64,000 nucleotides of DNA from Octopus vulgaris (lineage: Eukaryota): positions 132,060,001-132,124,000 of the forward strand of contig OX597819.1 of assembly GCA_951406725.2 (NCBI GenBank), written 5' to 3'. The notes under the pieces are model-generated. The model saw only the letters and a program-made list of their open reading frames with translations, was not told where the DNA came from and did not search any database. Position numbers and translations under genes: made by a program. Below are positions 39,936 to 52,095 of the stretch, piece by piece (the stretch's first letter is position 1; each line of letters begins with the position of its first letter).

Positions 39936-40966
39936 TGTGGGCAATTTCCCTATCTTTCCTTAATACCAATTCCCATATGCTTTTCATATATTATCACTAT
40001 TTGATCATCAATTCATCTGATAAAAACTACCAGAAGCACAGAAACATCAATTGTAAATATGGATCATCTAATGAGAAATCAGCACTTAATTTAATATTTT
40101 AGATTTCCCTGCTTCAATAAATCCTTTGAGACTGACCACAGCTGATGCAAGTGAATCAATAAAATAAACAAAACAAAATGAAAAAAATTCTAAAAACTAT
40201 AAAAAAAAAATGAAACCTCAAAATAATTTCATAAACTTCTGGAAAAAAAAAAAAAAATCATTCACTTATTAATGAGTTCCATCATAGCATGACTGTCATC
40301 CATTCAACATAAAGGATTATATATTTTATGGGTTCAAGTTCTGCCAGAGTAAAAACACTGTCCCTTGGTCTTTTTTCAGTAATTGAGACAAACGATTGGT
40401 GCCAGCAAACGATCACAATTATCGCAGGGAACTAAATATTAATTTCATAAAAGGAATTTTGATGAAGTAAGAAATAATAGTTGAATGAACGATTAGGAAT
40501 ATTCCTGGAGATAAAAGCAAAATCTATTTTGGAAGAATTTCAAATTAGAAACGAAGAAACTAAAACATGTAAATTATTTAGAATGGTGGTTCTCCACCGT
40601 TTTAACATCTGAGCCAAATCCAAAACTGGGATTATTTTAGGGAGTCACAGACCAAAAAGACAAGAAAAATTTATTATATTTATAGTGGGGAGGGAAAGAC
40701 CATTAGGGGCCACCACTGTAGGGAAATGCAACTGAGAACTGCTAATTTAGAGTCTAAAACTCTACTGTCGAGTTCCATCCACACCAAATAAACAGGGTGC
40801 AGCCTCCCGATTGTCATCATCTGTACGAGGCATGTGATGGACAGTTTATAGATAGTAAATCTGGTGTGTCTTGATTATTTTCAAAACCATTGCACACATT
40901 TATTTGAAGAGAGCAAACTGGTTCCAACAAAACCAAAATGATTGGCTTAGTTATATGTAAGCAAAT

Positions 40967-41360
40967 ATTCTTTTCTACTCTAGGTACAAGGCCCGAAATT
41001 TTGGGGGAGAGGGCCAGGGCCAGTTGATTAGATCAACCTCAGTATGCAACTGGTTCTTAATTTATCGACGCCGAAAGGATGAACGGCAAAGTCGACCTCG
41101 GCGGAATTTGAATTCAGAACATAAAGACAGATGAAATACCTATTTTTTTACTACCCACAAGGGGCTAAACACAGAAGGGACAAACAAGGACAGACAAACG
41201 GATTAAGTCGATTATATTGACCCCAGTGTGTAACTGGTACCTATTTAATCGACCCCGAAAAGATGAAAGGCAAAGTCGACCTTGGCGGAATTTGAACTCA
41301 GAACATAAAGACAGATGAAATACCGCTAAGCATTTCGCCCGGCATGCCAACATTTCTGTC
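40967..41360 (-). mobile_element. Two tandem family B SINEs with different tails
   Basis: Shared head and body; the first has the CTAGGTACAAGGCCCG tail, the second the CCCACAAGGGGCTAAAC tail. Confidence 0.85.
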
Positions 41361-41560
41361 TAAGATAAAAAAAAAATCCTATGAGAGCCAATCTCAGAAT
41401 CAGAGAATGAGATTCTGTTGTTCAGTGATGTCACTGAATTTTGATCTTGGTTAGTTTGGCCATTTCCACTAATAAATACCTTCACACACTAGTCTTTAAT
41501 GCCATGGTTCTTTTCCATATCTTCATAGCTTTCTCTTTGATCTCACTAACCACAAATATA

Positions 41561-41947
41561 TACTCTTTACTCTTTTACTTGTTTCAGTCATTTGACTGCG
41601 GCCATGCTGGAGCACTGCCTTTAGTCGAGCAAATCGACCCCAGGACTTATTCTTTGTGTAAGCCCAGTACTTATTCTATCGGTCTCTTTTGCTGAACCGC
41701 TAAGTGACGGCGATGAAAACACACCAGCATCGGTTGTCAAGCAATGCTAGGGGGACAAACACAGACACACACACACATATATACGACAGGCTTCTTTCAG
41801 TTTCCGTCTACCAAATCCACTCACAAGGCATTGGTCGGCCTGGGGCTATAGCAGAAGACACTTGCCCAAGATGCCACGCAGTGGGACTGAACCCGGAACC
41901 ATGTGGCTGGTAAGCAAGCTACTTACCACACAGCCACTTCTGCGCCT
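41561..41947 (-). mobile_element. Full-length CORE-type SINE (family A)
   Basis: Near-identical to 3929-4317. Confidence 0.9.
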
Positions 41948-43125
41948 ATATATTGTTTTATTTTTTTTTCCTGATCAAAACAGAAAAGGCATTTTGCTGT
42001 GCCTAATCCCTATTATTCTTTCCACCCATCTTAAATACAATCCTTGTACATGATGGTGACAGAGTCTCTAAAGTCATACAAACTGCTCCATGCAACAACA
42101 ACAACAACATTCCTGAAATCCCATGGTTAAAAAAATGTGCACACACATACCAGAGAATATTAACAATTCAAATGTGATGGCCCCAAAACACAGATAACAC
42201 AATGAAATTTTGCCGTATAAACATGTAGGAAAGATATCTTATCTAGGAATGTCTAATGTGCTGCAGCTGATCTTTTGACTTACAAGAAATCTGTGCAAAT
42301 GGAACAACTCACCACTAATAGAAACTAATTTAATAATGTTCATTAAAATAAACAACACTGAATAGAATGCCTATCTCACATGCCTAATTTCTTTACTACT
42401 CACAAGGGGCTAAACGGATTAAATCGATTACATCAACCCCAGTGCATAACTGGTACTTAATTTATTGACATCGAAAGGATGAAAGGCAAATTCGACCTTG
42501 GCGGAATTTGAACTCAGAATGTAACAGCAGATGAAATATGACTGCATTTTGCCCAGTGTGCTAACGTTTCTGCCAGCTTGCCACCTTAAGTTTCTTTCCA
42601 ACAAATGGAAGACAAACAAGGGCCATCTTATTCCCTTCTATTTACTATTCAACAGACAGTGCAATATCCTGTTTCTGTCAATAAATGGAATTCTATAAGT
42701 GGACACTCGTCCACCACTTGGTCAGCTTTAAAAATAGAACAACTGCTTCTCAACTTTCCCACCAAAATTTATTTTCAATACCTTATCTACATAAAAAGCA
42801 CCCAGTGCATTCTGTAGTGGCTGGCATTTGGAAGGTCATCCAGCAGTAGAAACCATGTTAAAACAGACAATTGAAGCCTGGTACAGCTCTCTAGCTTGCC
42901 AGGTCCTATTGAACTGTCCAACCCATGCCAGCATGGAAAATGGACGTTAATTGATGATTACGAAAGATTGGAATAAATTCTTTTAAAGAGAAAGAGAGAC
43001 TGAGGAGTTGGATGAGGATTGGAGATTTCTTCCTGGAGTTTACAGTTTGAGGATGATGGAAAGGAGGTGCAGTGATCGAAGCCCTTCTCACAATGACTAT
43101 GCTGCCTTATCAAAATGAAAACCGA

Positions 43126-43655
43126 CAACTGGCATCCGTGCTAGCGGGGTGCAAAGACAACCATACTAGTGTGATCGTTGACAAAGCGGCTAACCGGCTT
43201 CCGTGCCAGTGGCACATAAAAGGCACCATTCAAGTGTGATCGTTACCAGAGTCGCCTTACTGGCACTTGTGCCCATGCTAGTAGAGTGCCAAGAGCACCA
43301 CCTGAGCATGATCGTTGCCAGAGCGGCTAACTGGCTTCCGTGCTGGTGGCATGTAAAAGGGCACCATTCGAGCATGATCGTTACCAGCGTCGCCTTACTG
43401 GCACCTGTGCTGTGGCATGTGTAAAGAGATTCAAGCGAGGTTGTTGCCAGTGCCGCCTGACTGGCCCCCGTGCTGGTGGCACGTAAAAAGCACCCACTAC
43501 ACTCTCGGAGTGGTTGGCGTTAGGAAGGGCATCCAGTTGTAGAAACTCTGCCAGATCAAGATTGGAGCCTGGTGCAGCCATCTGGTTCGCCAGCCCTCAG
43601 TCAAAATCGTCCAACCCATGCTAGCATGGAAAGTGGACATTAAACGATGATGATG
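43126..43655 (+). mobile_element. RTE-type 3' UTR repeat with internal tandem units
   Basis: GGTTGGCGTTAGGAAGGGCATCCAG...CCCATGCTAGCATGGAAAGTGGACATTAAACGATGATG; related copies at ~23370-23610(+), 31770-31945(-), 32565-32740(+), 42790-42960(+), 56050-56265(+), 56660-56850(-), 61540-61812(+). Confidence 0.8.
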
Positions 43656-46600
43656 AAACTACATTATTCAATGTTCCCTTTTTGTTTTAAAGATAGTGAA
43701 GTGAGAGCTGAAAGTTTTGGTTGCTATTTTTAGCAGGTAAAGTGACTTTATAGCAGCTCTCTCACTGGAGTTTGAAGACTTTCAGATTGTGTAAAAAAAA
43801 TGACAGGAGTTGAGATGTAGAGAATGGGAATTTGTGAGCTGTGTCAGAGGATGGAGTGGAAAAAGCCTCCATATTTGTGGCCACCACCGCTTACATACAT
43901 ACCAAGTGGGGAAAGTGCCTCAAATCAACAAAACCAGCCCCAGTCTTTACAGTACCCCATTACTGTTAATGCACTCTAGGACAGCCCTTCTCTTTGCCAA
44001 ACTCGTAAAGGAAATATGCTAAAGTGTGCCCTAATTCCAAGACTGGTCAACTTTCTCACAGCACCTTCATCAACACTTTGAATGACCCCCCGCTTCCCCA
44101 CAACCCTTAATACTCAGCACAATGACTTTCTACTAGAGGACCCTCTTATGTTGTGGACCCTTATTCTTGAATTAACTTATTGAAAACAGTGCTGGTGCAC
44201 CTGAAATCTGAAAACCATTCAATCATGCCTGGCACACAAATCTGGCAAAAGGAACTGCCCATGGCTTCGAGTGAGATTGCATCATTTTGGTGTTTGCCAA
44301 TGCAATGCAGTCTGATTCATGGAACCAACTCTTGGGCTCCACAAAGTTTGCTTTTGTCTCCAACAACAGCAAAGGCAACATATAAAATAAATTTTGTCCT
44401 ATAAATCAATCATCTATTGTCTGTCCCCTCCTACCATGCCTACTTCTATGTAGATTAACCTACTTTCTGCAACCAAGTGTCTTCCAAGGGGCTCATGCAT
44501 CCTTCTGGCAGCCCTTGATGATCCTCACTCTGAAAATTTTTCATTAACTGATTTGTGTTGTACTTTCTTTTGGTGAAGCCTCATAAAAGGACCCAGGTTC
44601 TGGCTCCTGCCCAGATATTAAAATAGTCGAGAATCACTGATTTAGACACTGCATTCCAAGTCTCAATCACTTGACCCCATCAACAGACCAGAAAATGGTC
44701 TCAATGGGGTCATGCAAACCTAATCTCCAACAATACACAAATACAAAATGAAGACACATTTAGAAAACACTATCAACATTCCACTCAAACACGAATAATC
44801 CACAACCAGAACTCTTAAGGTCTCTATAAATGCTAACTCTCACAACCAGTGAGGCTGTCCCCTGGTTCAACAAAAGAAAGACTGGTCCTCCTCTTCAGGG
44901 TCAAAATATTACCCTCCTCTCCCAAATTACTAAACCCTTGCAAAGCTCCTTTGAGATCCACAATGGAGACATTTTCTGCTAAAGAAATCTTTCACATTGG
45001 AGAGTGAGCTTTGGTTGTTGGAATTAAGTTTCTCAAGGGCACTTCCTGTTTCTAGATGAGTTTCTCACGGGATGGACAATGGCCTCTCATATCCTCAGCA
45101 TCGTTTCAGCTTCATTTTTTTCATGTTTGCAGGAGTTGGACAGAATTCTCTATGGCTGGATATCCTTCTTGTTATGAACCCATACCTGTTTTCAAGCAAG
45201 ATGTTTCCCCAAGGCCAGACATTTTCACGGGAGGTTTTGCAAATGAACAACACTGCCCGTATGAGAGTGATACTTGTTTACAACTCCCACACAATTTCAG
45301 GAAAAGGTGATACACACACATACAAATTCTGACTACCAAAACTAGTTGACCTACGTGCCACACACTAGGATAGAACCCAAAACCCAGTGGCTGGGAAGCC
45401 AACTTCTTATCTACATATCCATGTCTATGCCAAGGATTTCAAAACTGATCACATGTCTGCTATTCAGATACGTTTGATTTTCTACAATGATGAAGAATAT
45501 TTTTGGTGAGGTTAAGACCGATGAACATAGTAAAAAGCATTTCAACACAGAGGCACCTGCTCAAAAATGGGTCATGACCAATTCTTCAAGAATGATAATT
45601 TGTCAACATTCTTCAGAATTGTAGAGTTTGGAAAAGGTAAAGAAATGTTTACTTTCTATTTTCACAAGAATTTACCATTCCAATGACATCAGACATGAGC
45701 TAGAATTCATTGAATATCTTTGTGGTATGCTGCTTGGATAACAATGACAAATCACAATACCAGTTTTATATTGGGATCCCTGGTTATGAAAGATTTCAAA
45801 GAGTTGAAATTATTATTGCGGACTTATTACCTTAAACAAGACAAATTAATAAGGGTATCAAGAAAAAAACAAAAAAATCCCACCTTGCAATATTTGTTCC
45901 AGGTTAATTAAATACCAGTGAAATACTGGGGTCGATGGCACTGACTCCCCACCCCATAAATCCCTAGCCTTGTGTATCTTTAACCCTTCAGCATCCAGAT
46001 TACTATGTCAACTGTAATGCTAATTCATTCAGTCTATAATGATGCGTTTACTTTTAAGAATGACATTGCAGGGTAGGTGTGAGAGGCCACATGTGGCCAG
46101 TCTAAACATAAAACAAGCAGAATATTTAAACCAGATACGGCCGGTTTAAATGCCAAAGAGTTGAAAACCTTTATTGTGTGTCTATACTGAATTATTTTAG
46201 CAAATGTGACCCGTTATTACTTCAGGACCAGAACTGGTGTTGGGTCCTTAACAAGATTAGGTTAGTTGTTAAGGGTTATTGTAATGTTGTTGTTAGTTGC
46301 ATTTGAACTGTTAAAGAGATATACTGAATTCCCTGTATTAGGTGAGGGTTTGGGTATTTTGGGGGAAGGACTGCTTCTAGTATTGCAGGTGAGCTGTTTG
46401 TAATAGTTACTATCAGACCTTGTAGGTTCCCATTTTTTCCAAGGTTAAGACACTTCACGACTTGCTTAAAATGATTTCTTTTATATGGATGCCAAGAACC
46501 TCTGCTTCGATCCTTGAACCAGCAACAATGCTTCCAGTATTTACGAGATACCACTCTATGGAAGTCACATCACGTTCCAGTTGGGTGAGAATGGTGAAAT

Positions 46601-47735
46601 ATCGTTAGAGGAGTCCCCTACAGATGAAAGCATCGAATAACAGAAGTGCTATGCATCTCCTCTCATGGCTCACCCATCGAAAATTACTTCCTCAAACGGA
46701 AGTACTCCATAATTCAAGAGGTTCTATTGTCACGTTTTACAACGTTCAAATAGCAAACAACTGACATTAGTTAACGGAGTTTGGAGGGCAACACGATGTA
46801 CCGGAAACCAGAGGTGATGGCCATAACTGGATTGTCATTGATCGTGGTCGTTTGCTGCTGAACAAACGACGTCCACGTGACAGTTATATATCAACAGTAG
46901 CAATGATATTTGTAAATATATTCATTCGATAATTATAATTTTTAGCAGAAGTACATTAACAGGACGAGAGGTGGGGGTGTGTCACAGTTGATGACAATTG
47001 GTGAAGATCGATAAAACCGATTCGGAAGAAGTCGATCTGCCGTTTGGGGTCGAACCCCTAGAAAAAGGGTACAAAAAGGTAACGAAGGGATTTATTCTTT
47101 AGATTATGTCGAAGTGTTCACACAGAATCTTTAAGAAGGTATTTTCAGTTGAGTGAAGCAAATGTGAACTGGAAAATAAGTCAATAAGGATTTCAGTCTG
47201 CGATTTCAGTGCAGGAATTTTCAAGACGTGGGTGGCAAATCGAAGAAGACAGCCTTTTTGGTAATTTTTCCAAATAAACAAAATTAAAGAAACACAAATC
47301 ATTCGACAGAAACAGTTCCAAAAATATTAATTTGGAATTGTTTAGGATTTAATGACAGCAGAAATATTTAGCATATGGGAATTATGTAAGAGATATTTTA
47401 TGAAGTTAGTCGAGTGGCTTTTAATTGTGGAATAAAAAAAGGAATTAATTTAATGAAAGAATATTTTTTGGTTAAAAGAAAAAAAAAGCAATAAAAGCGG
47501 AATTGGTTTAAAATAGGAAAAGTCTCGTCTAATAAATTGGAGCCATGGAATATTTGAAGCAGCATTGACTTATTAATGAATATATGTTAAAAGAATAAAG
47601 AAATCTTGTTTAATTGAAATTATTTTGAGGAAAGATTTTTGGTTTTTCGTATTTTGTTTACAATAAATTTACGACGTGGTTTATTGGTAAAGGACTTTGA
47701 TGGGGTGAAACGAAGAGGAATAGGGGTTGACAAAC

Positions 47736-47874
47736 CTGATAGGAGGCCCCAGAGGGCAATATTCCAGTTGTGGAATTTAATTCCAAAGACAAAGACGACG
47801 GATAATCCTACCAGAATCCCGAGAAGAGAGAAGAAGATCCTCAGCTTCATCACGACGCCTGACACTGACGCCAT
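47736..47874 (-). CDS. SLC48A1: Heme transporter HRG1 (SLC48A1 family), coding exon 1 (aa 1-46)
   Basis: ATG at 47874; MASVSGVVMKLRIFFSLLGILVGLSVVFVFGIKFHNWNIALWGLLS (TM1 and start of TM2); donor TCAG|GTTTGT at 47736/47735, phase 1; 139 nt, joins exon 2 in frame. Confidence 0.9.
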
Positions 47875-47960
47875 TGTTGCGCGACGACGAGATCTTCCTG
47901 TCGGCCCAAGTCTCGTTCTGGTCGCGTCGGGTCTCGCGAGATCTCATTCATCTTATTTCT
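47875..47960. promoter_or_regulatory. Compact bidirectional promoter with TCTCGCGAGA palindrome (47932-47941) and ETS-like CTTCCTG
   Basis: 86 nt between two opposed ATGs, CpG-rich in an otherwise CpG-poor window; CpG enrichment continues to ~48400. Confidence 0.7.
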
Positions 47961-48000
47961 ATGGCGGCTACAAGTGCTATGAATATGGAAGTCGAACGAG
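47961..48000 (+). CDS. First coding exon of an unidentified gene divergent from HRG1 (MAATSAMNMEVER, phase 1)
   Basis: ATGGCG start in a CpG-rich promoter, 13 codons + 1 nt, then strong donor GAG|GTAAAT at 48000/48001. Confidence 0.6.
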
Positions 48001-51000
48001 GTAAATATCCTTCTCGCCAAATCCTTCTCTCTCGCTCTTTCTCCAAGCCCCGGCCCGGCATCATTACACTCTAGATTTTTTTATTCTACCACCCGAACCT
48101 TGTTAATTAATTCACCGGTGACATCTGCCACTTGTTTCCCTCTTTTTATTGACCGACGACGACGACGACGATGGCGGCGGCGGAGGGAAGTGCTTGTAAT
48201 TGTTCAAAATTGGTGGCGGCTGAGGCGGCACCACCACCTTCACCTCTTCCACCTCCACCAACGACGACGATTTATGCAAATTTCCCCAAGATCTTCTTCT
48301 CTTGGGTTCCTACCTCGTCCATTATACGCCACCAACGAATATCAGCAGCGGCGGCGGAGGCGAACGTGTGTATTACAGAATCACGTTAGCGGCTTCCTTA
48401 ATCCATTGTTAGCTTCTTCTTCCTCTCTGTTCCCCTCAACATTTTCCTTTATATATATATCAGTCTATAATACTAATAACCCGTGTTAGATATTGAAATT
48501 ATTTCCCCAACTAAACCCCTACCTTCGTAAGAAAAAAAAAAAGGGAGCAATGCGGGATCTACACATCTCCAAAATGAAGGATCTCTCTTTAGGTAGGTAA
48601 TTGCAAAAGACCTTAATTTCTTAAATCTTATCCTCTTCTCCTTAATTAATCTTCTCTCATTCCGCTTAAACTCTCCTCCACAAAACCTTTAACATTCTCA
48701 GTAGTTTCTTCTCTTTTTTATATTATTTCGCTTACTTTTTTGATTTAAAAATTTATTAAATTTACCATTTTTTCTTTTCTAAATCTATTTTTCTTCTTCA
48801 AAACATTTTATTTTTACTGTTTCACTTTTCTCTGCTTTTATGTAACCAGTTTTTAAAATTGCCAAAAATGGTGTTTGCGATCTTGTCTCTATTGTTCTTT
48901 ATATCGTTTTCCTTTTATTTAAACTCTCTGTATTGCTTTGACTTTTGTATATTTGAAATTATCCGACAAAACCGGTATAAAAACCTGAATATTAAATATC
49001 TTTTATCTCAATTGCCGACTCGTGTCTATTTAAACCCGGCTAACCTATATTTTATCACTTTTCATGCCTTTTCAATAATGATTACGCCGTTTCTAATTTT
49101 AATTTCTCTTAATTTCCACCGTCAAACCCAGTAAATTGCGTATATGAAAGCATCTTATTAATTTCTTTTGTTATTCTAGTTTTCTCCATCACCTTTATTC
49201 TCTGCATCAATATTTCTTTATTGTTTAATTCGTAAGACATTTTGCTCCTTCCACACGCACTCCCTTAATTTTATTTTTCTGCCTTGTCTAATCAATAAAG
49301 ACGCAAAAATATAAACCTGTGTGTGTGTGTGCGTTATATATATATATATATGTAACACACATATATATATATACGATCAATACCGAAATTGCATATTTCT
49401 AAATAGAAAAAAAGCAGAAGAAGAAACCCGTTCTATCTCAGACAAGTTTTTTCCCCCCCTCCGTCGAGCCATGTGCTGTTTTAGCTAATGTTTGGTGTTC
49501 GTCTACTCAACATTTCCCCGTTTTACTCTGACCTTCACTCTTCATAACTATTTAATATATTCAAAATTTACTTTCGATATTTTAAAGAAAATAATAACAA
49601 CTTCAATCAAATCTTGATCGCCCTTAATTTTGTAATAGAAATGAAATGGCGGGGAAGGTTTTACAAATCAATAGTTTCTTTCATCTCCAGTTGTTTCTAC
49701 GTTCACTTCCATATCTTCTCATTTGTCATAAAAACTCCTCTCTTCCCGCTGTCTGCTGAGAAAAAAAAAAAGAAGACCCCCCCTCCTTTCAAACTGATAA
49801 TTTTGTTCTTGTATTTCTTTCACGTTTCTAAGAATTACTTCATGTTTAACTAGAAATTGTTTTCACATCTTTCAATAGTTTGTCGTGAAATATTGCCGCC
49901 TAAAACCTGCCAACATTATTACTTTTTCTGATGTTGCTCTTAAAAAATTAGTGATGGAATAAAAATCCTAGTTCTTATAGATTAAACATCGTCTTAGTTT
50001 AAAACAACATAAGTTATATAATTATTCAGTTTCCATTGCATGGTGTAATATTTGAAATTTAAACTGATGTCTATAAAATCTCTTAATTTATATTTCGATT
50101 TGGTTGACATTGATGTCTGGAATATCAACCTTCTAAAATGTTTTCAACAAAGCAAAAATGCATATATTATTATTATTATGGTTAAATGAAATTAAATCTT
50201 AATCGCAAATCTAATTAGTTATTATTCACAATTTCTTTAAAACGCAATCATTGTTCATACCGTAGACTGGGGTTGAACCTAAATGTTTTTGTCATCACAA
50301 CCCCCCCCCGCACAAAACTAAAATCTTGCTTCTGTTGTTGGCACCTGATGGTAGAATATACAGTTTATGTGGCCGCTAGAACTATTAGAAACAGGAGTCA
50401 GACCTTCCTTAAACTAAAGTCTTACTAAGGGAAGATTGCACGATGCAGTAAAAAATGGACAGGGTCGATATCCCATTGATCGATTAGGGCTGATTTGCGG
50501 CAGTAAAAGCGAAATCCTAGATAGGTATATTTTTAAAAGGGCCTTTAAACAATGCAGGTGAGAAATTAGGCAAAATATATGATACCAAGAAATAAAAACA
50601 GACAAGATATTGTATCACTTTACATAGGTTTAATAATTCTATTATATTTCGGGAAAGCTTCCCTTTATCAAATATAACATGGAAAATAACCCAAAGAAAA
50701 AGTGTTATTATGGGTAGGTCATTCTGGTGTGTTATGAGCAATTTTATTTCCCTTTCTCTATTGTATCTGGAGCTCTTGATTGATTTCTATCACTTGAGAT
50801 GGACCAAATCAATTGCTGAGAATTGTGGCCTTAAAGGCAGTGGATTTTTCGTTTTAGAGAGATGTTATTCAGCTTTCTTACAATGAATCTTTCAGACTTT
50901 TGGCCATCGTATGGCACTTGAGGGCGAGTGGCAGATGCCAGTTTTCACTTCTTATTTGAAAGTGCAATGAGAAACTTTCTGTATGGCTATTTGGCTTGCT

Positions 51001-51321
51001 AGAAATAGTGACTAAATAAATGTCCCTTTCATCAGCAATATAAAACAGGATGGTCACAGTTTGAATATTATTGAGTGTCAGTTTACTCAGTGAGGGTTGA
51101 AATGGATCTACCAAGTTCATTATTAACAGTGGGAATGACATTTACATCAAACAAAATGAATGTAACAAAATTGGCATGGAAACAATTTCGTAAGATATTC
51201 TGAACAATTTTGTTTTACGTATGTTTTGTTTTGCTAGATTCTTGATGTGAAATCATGTGTTGTATTTGGGGAGGGTCATTTTGCCAATAAACACACACTT
51301 TAGTGGATCTTCACTTTACCT

Positions 51322-51678
51322 TTATTACCTCCACCTTAAGGTGGAGATGTTGTTTCTACCCATGTTTGTTTGTCCATGGACAAGATATCTCAAGAACTGC
51401 CGAATGGATTTGGATGAAACTTTCAGGGATGTTTGGCCTCGTGACTGGCACAAACTGATTAGATTTTGAGATCAGTCTGGTACCGGACAAGGATTCTGGA
51501 TTATTTGTTATATTTACTTTACATGAAGTATAGCGGTTGGTTTCATTTTTAGTATTCTTGTTTGTGAGAGCAGTCGAGTTTCAGGTATTCTCATTTTAAA
51601 AATCATCTTTGGCTAATTGTTGACAGGACGTTGGTGTTGCCTTGGCAGGGGTTTGCGCTCTCTGAGTGCTCTTGCTAT
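51322..51678 (+). mobile_element. Helentron-associated (HINE/DINE-like) element
   Basis: 5' TTATTACCTCCACC, GTTT microsatellite, 3' CCTTGGCAGGGG sub-TIR followed by hairpin GCGCTC-TCT-GAGTGC. Confidence 0.7.
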
Positions 51679-51780
51679 TATTATTATTAGTGATTGCTTA
51701 TTTGTCATTGCTTTCCTCATACATCCTATTCTTCAATGACTCTGTTTTCCTGTGTGATGAAAGAACTCTGACAATAAACT

Positions 51781-52095
51781 CATCATCATCGTTTAACGTC
51801 CGTTTTCGATGCTAGCATGGGTTGGACAGTTTGACCGGAGTCTGGAAAGCCAGGAGGCTGCACCAGGCTCCAGTCTGATCTGGCAGTGTTTCTACAGCTG
51901 GATGCCCTTCCTAACGCCAACCACTCCGAGAGTGTAGTGGGTGCTTTTTACGTGCTACTGGCACAGGTGCCAGGCGAGGTTGGTAACGGCCACGATCGGT
52001 TGATGCTTTTTACGTGCCAGCAGCACGGAAGCCAGTCAAGGCAGCGCTGGCATTGGCCACGTTCGGATGGTGTTTTTTACGTGCCACCGGCACAG
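51781..52095 (-). mobile_element. RTE-type 3' UTR repeat
   Basis: CATCATCATCGTTTAACGTCCG...CTGGATGCCCTTCCTAACGCCAACC with tandem units. Confidence 0.8.

Noticed and set aside
47855-47880. CAGUGU near the HRG1 start (and CAGUG loops at ~14651, 15432, 15587) as possible iron-responsive elements
   Set aside because: Flanks do not form the 5-bp upper stem with the bulged C.
48171-48389. ORF MAAAEGSACNCSK... in the CpG-rich region
   Set aside because: Built from GCG/CCA/GAC triplet repeats, ends in a stop with no convincing donor, and lies downstream of the 48001 donor; probably intronic or UTR.
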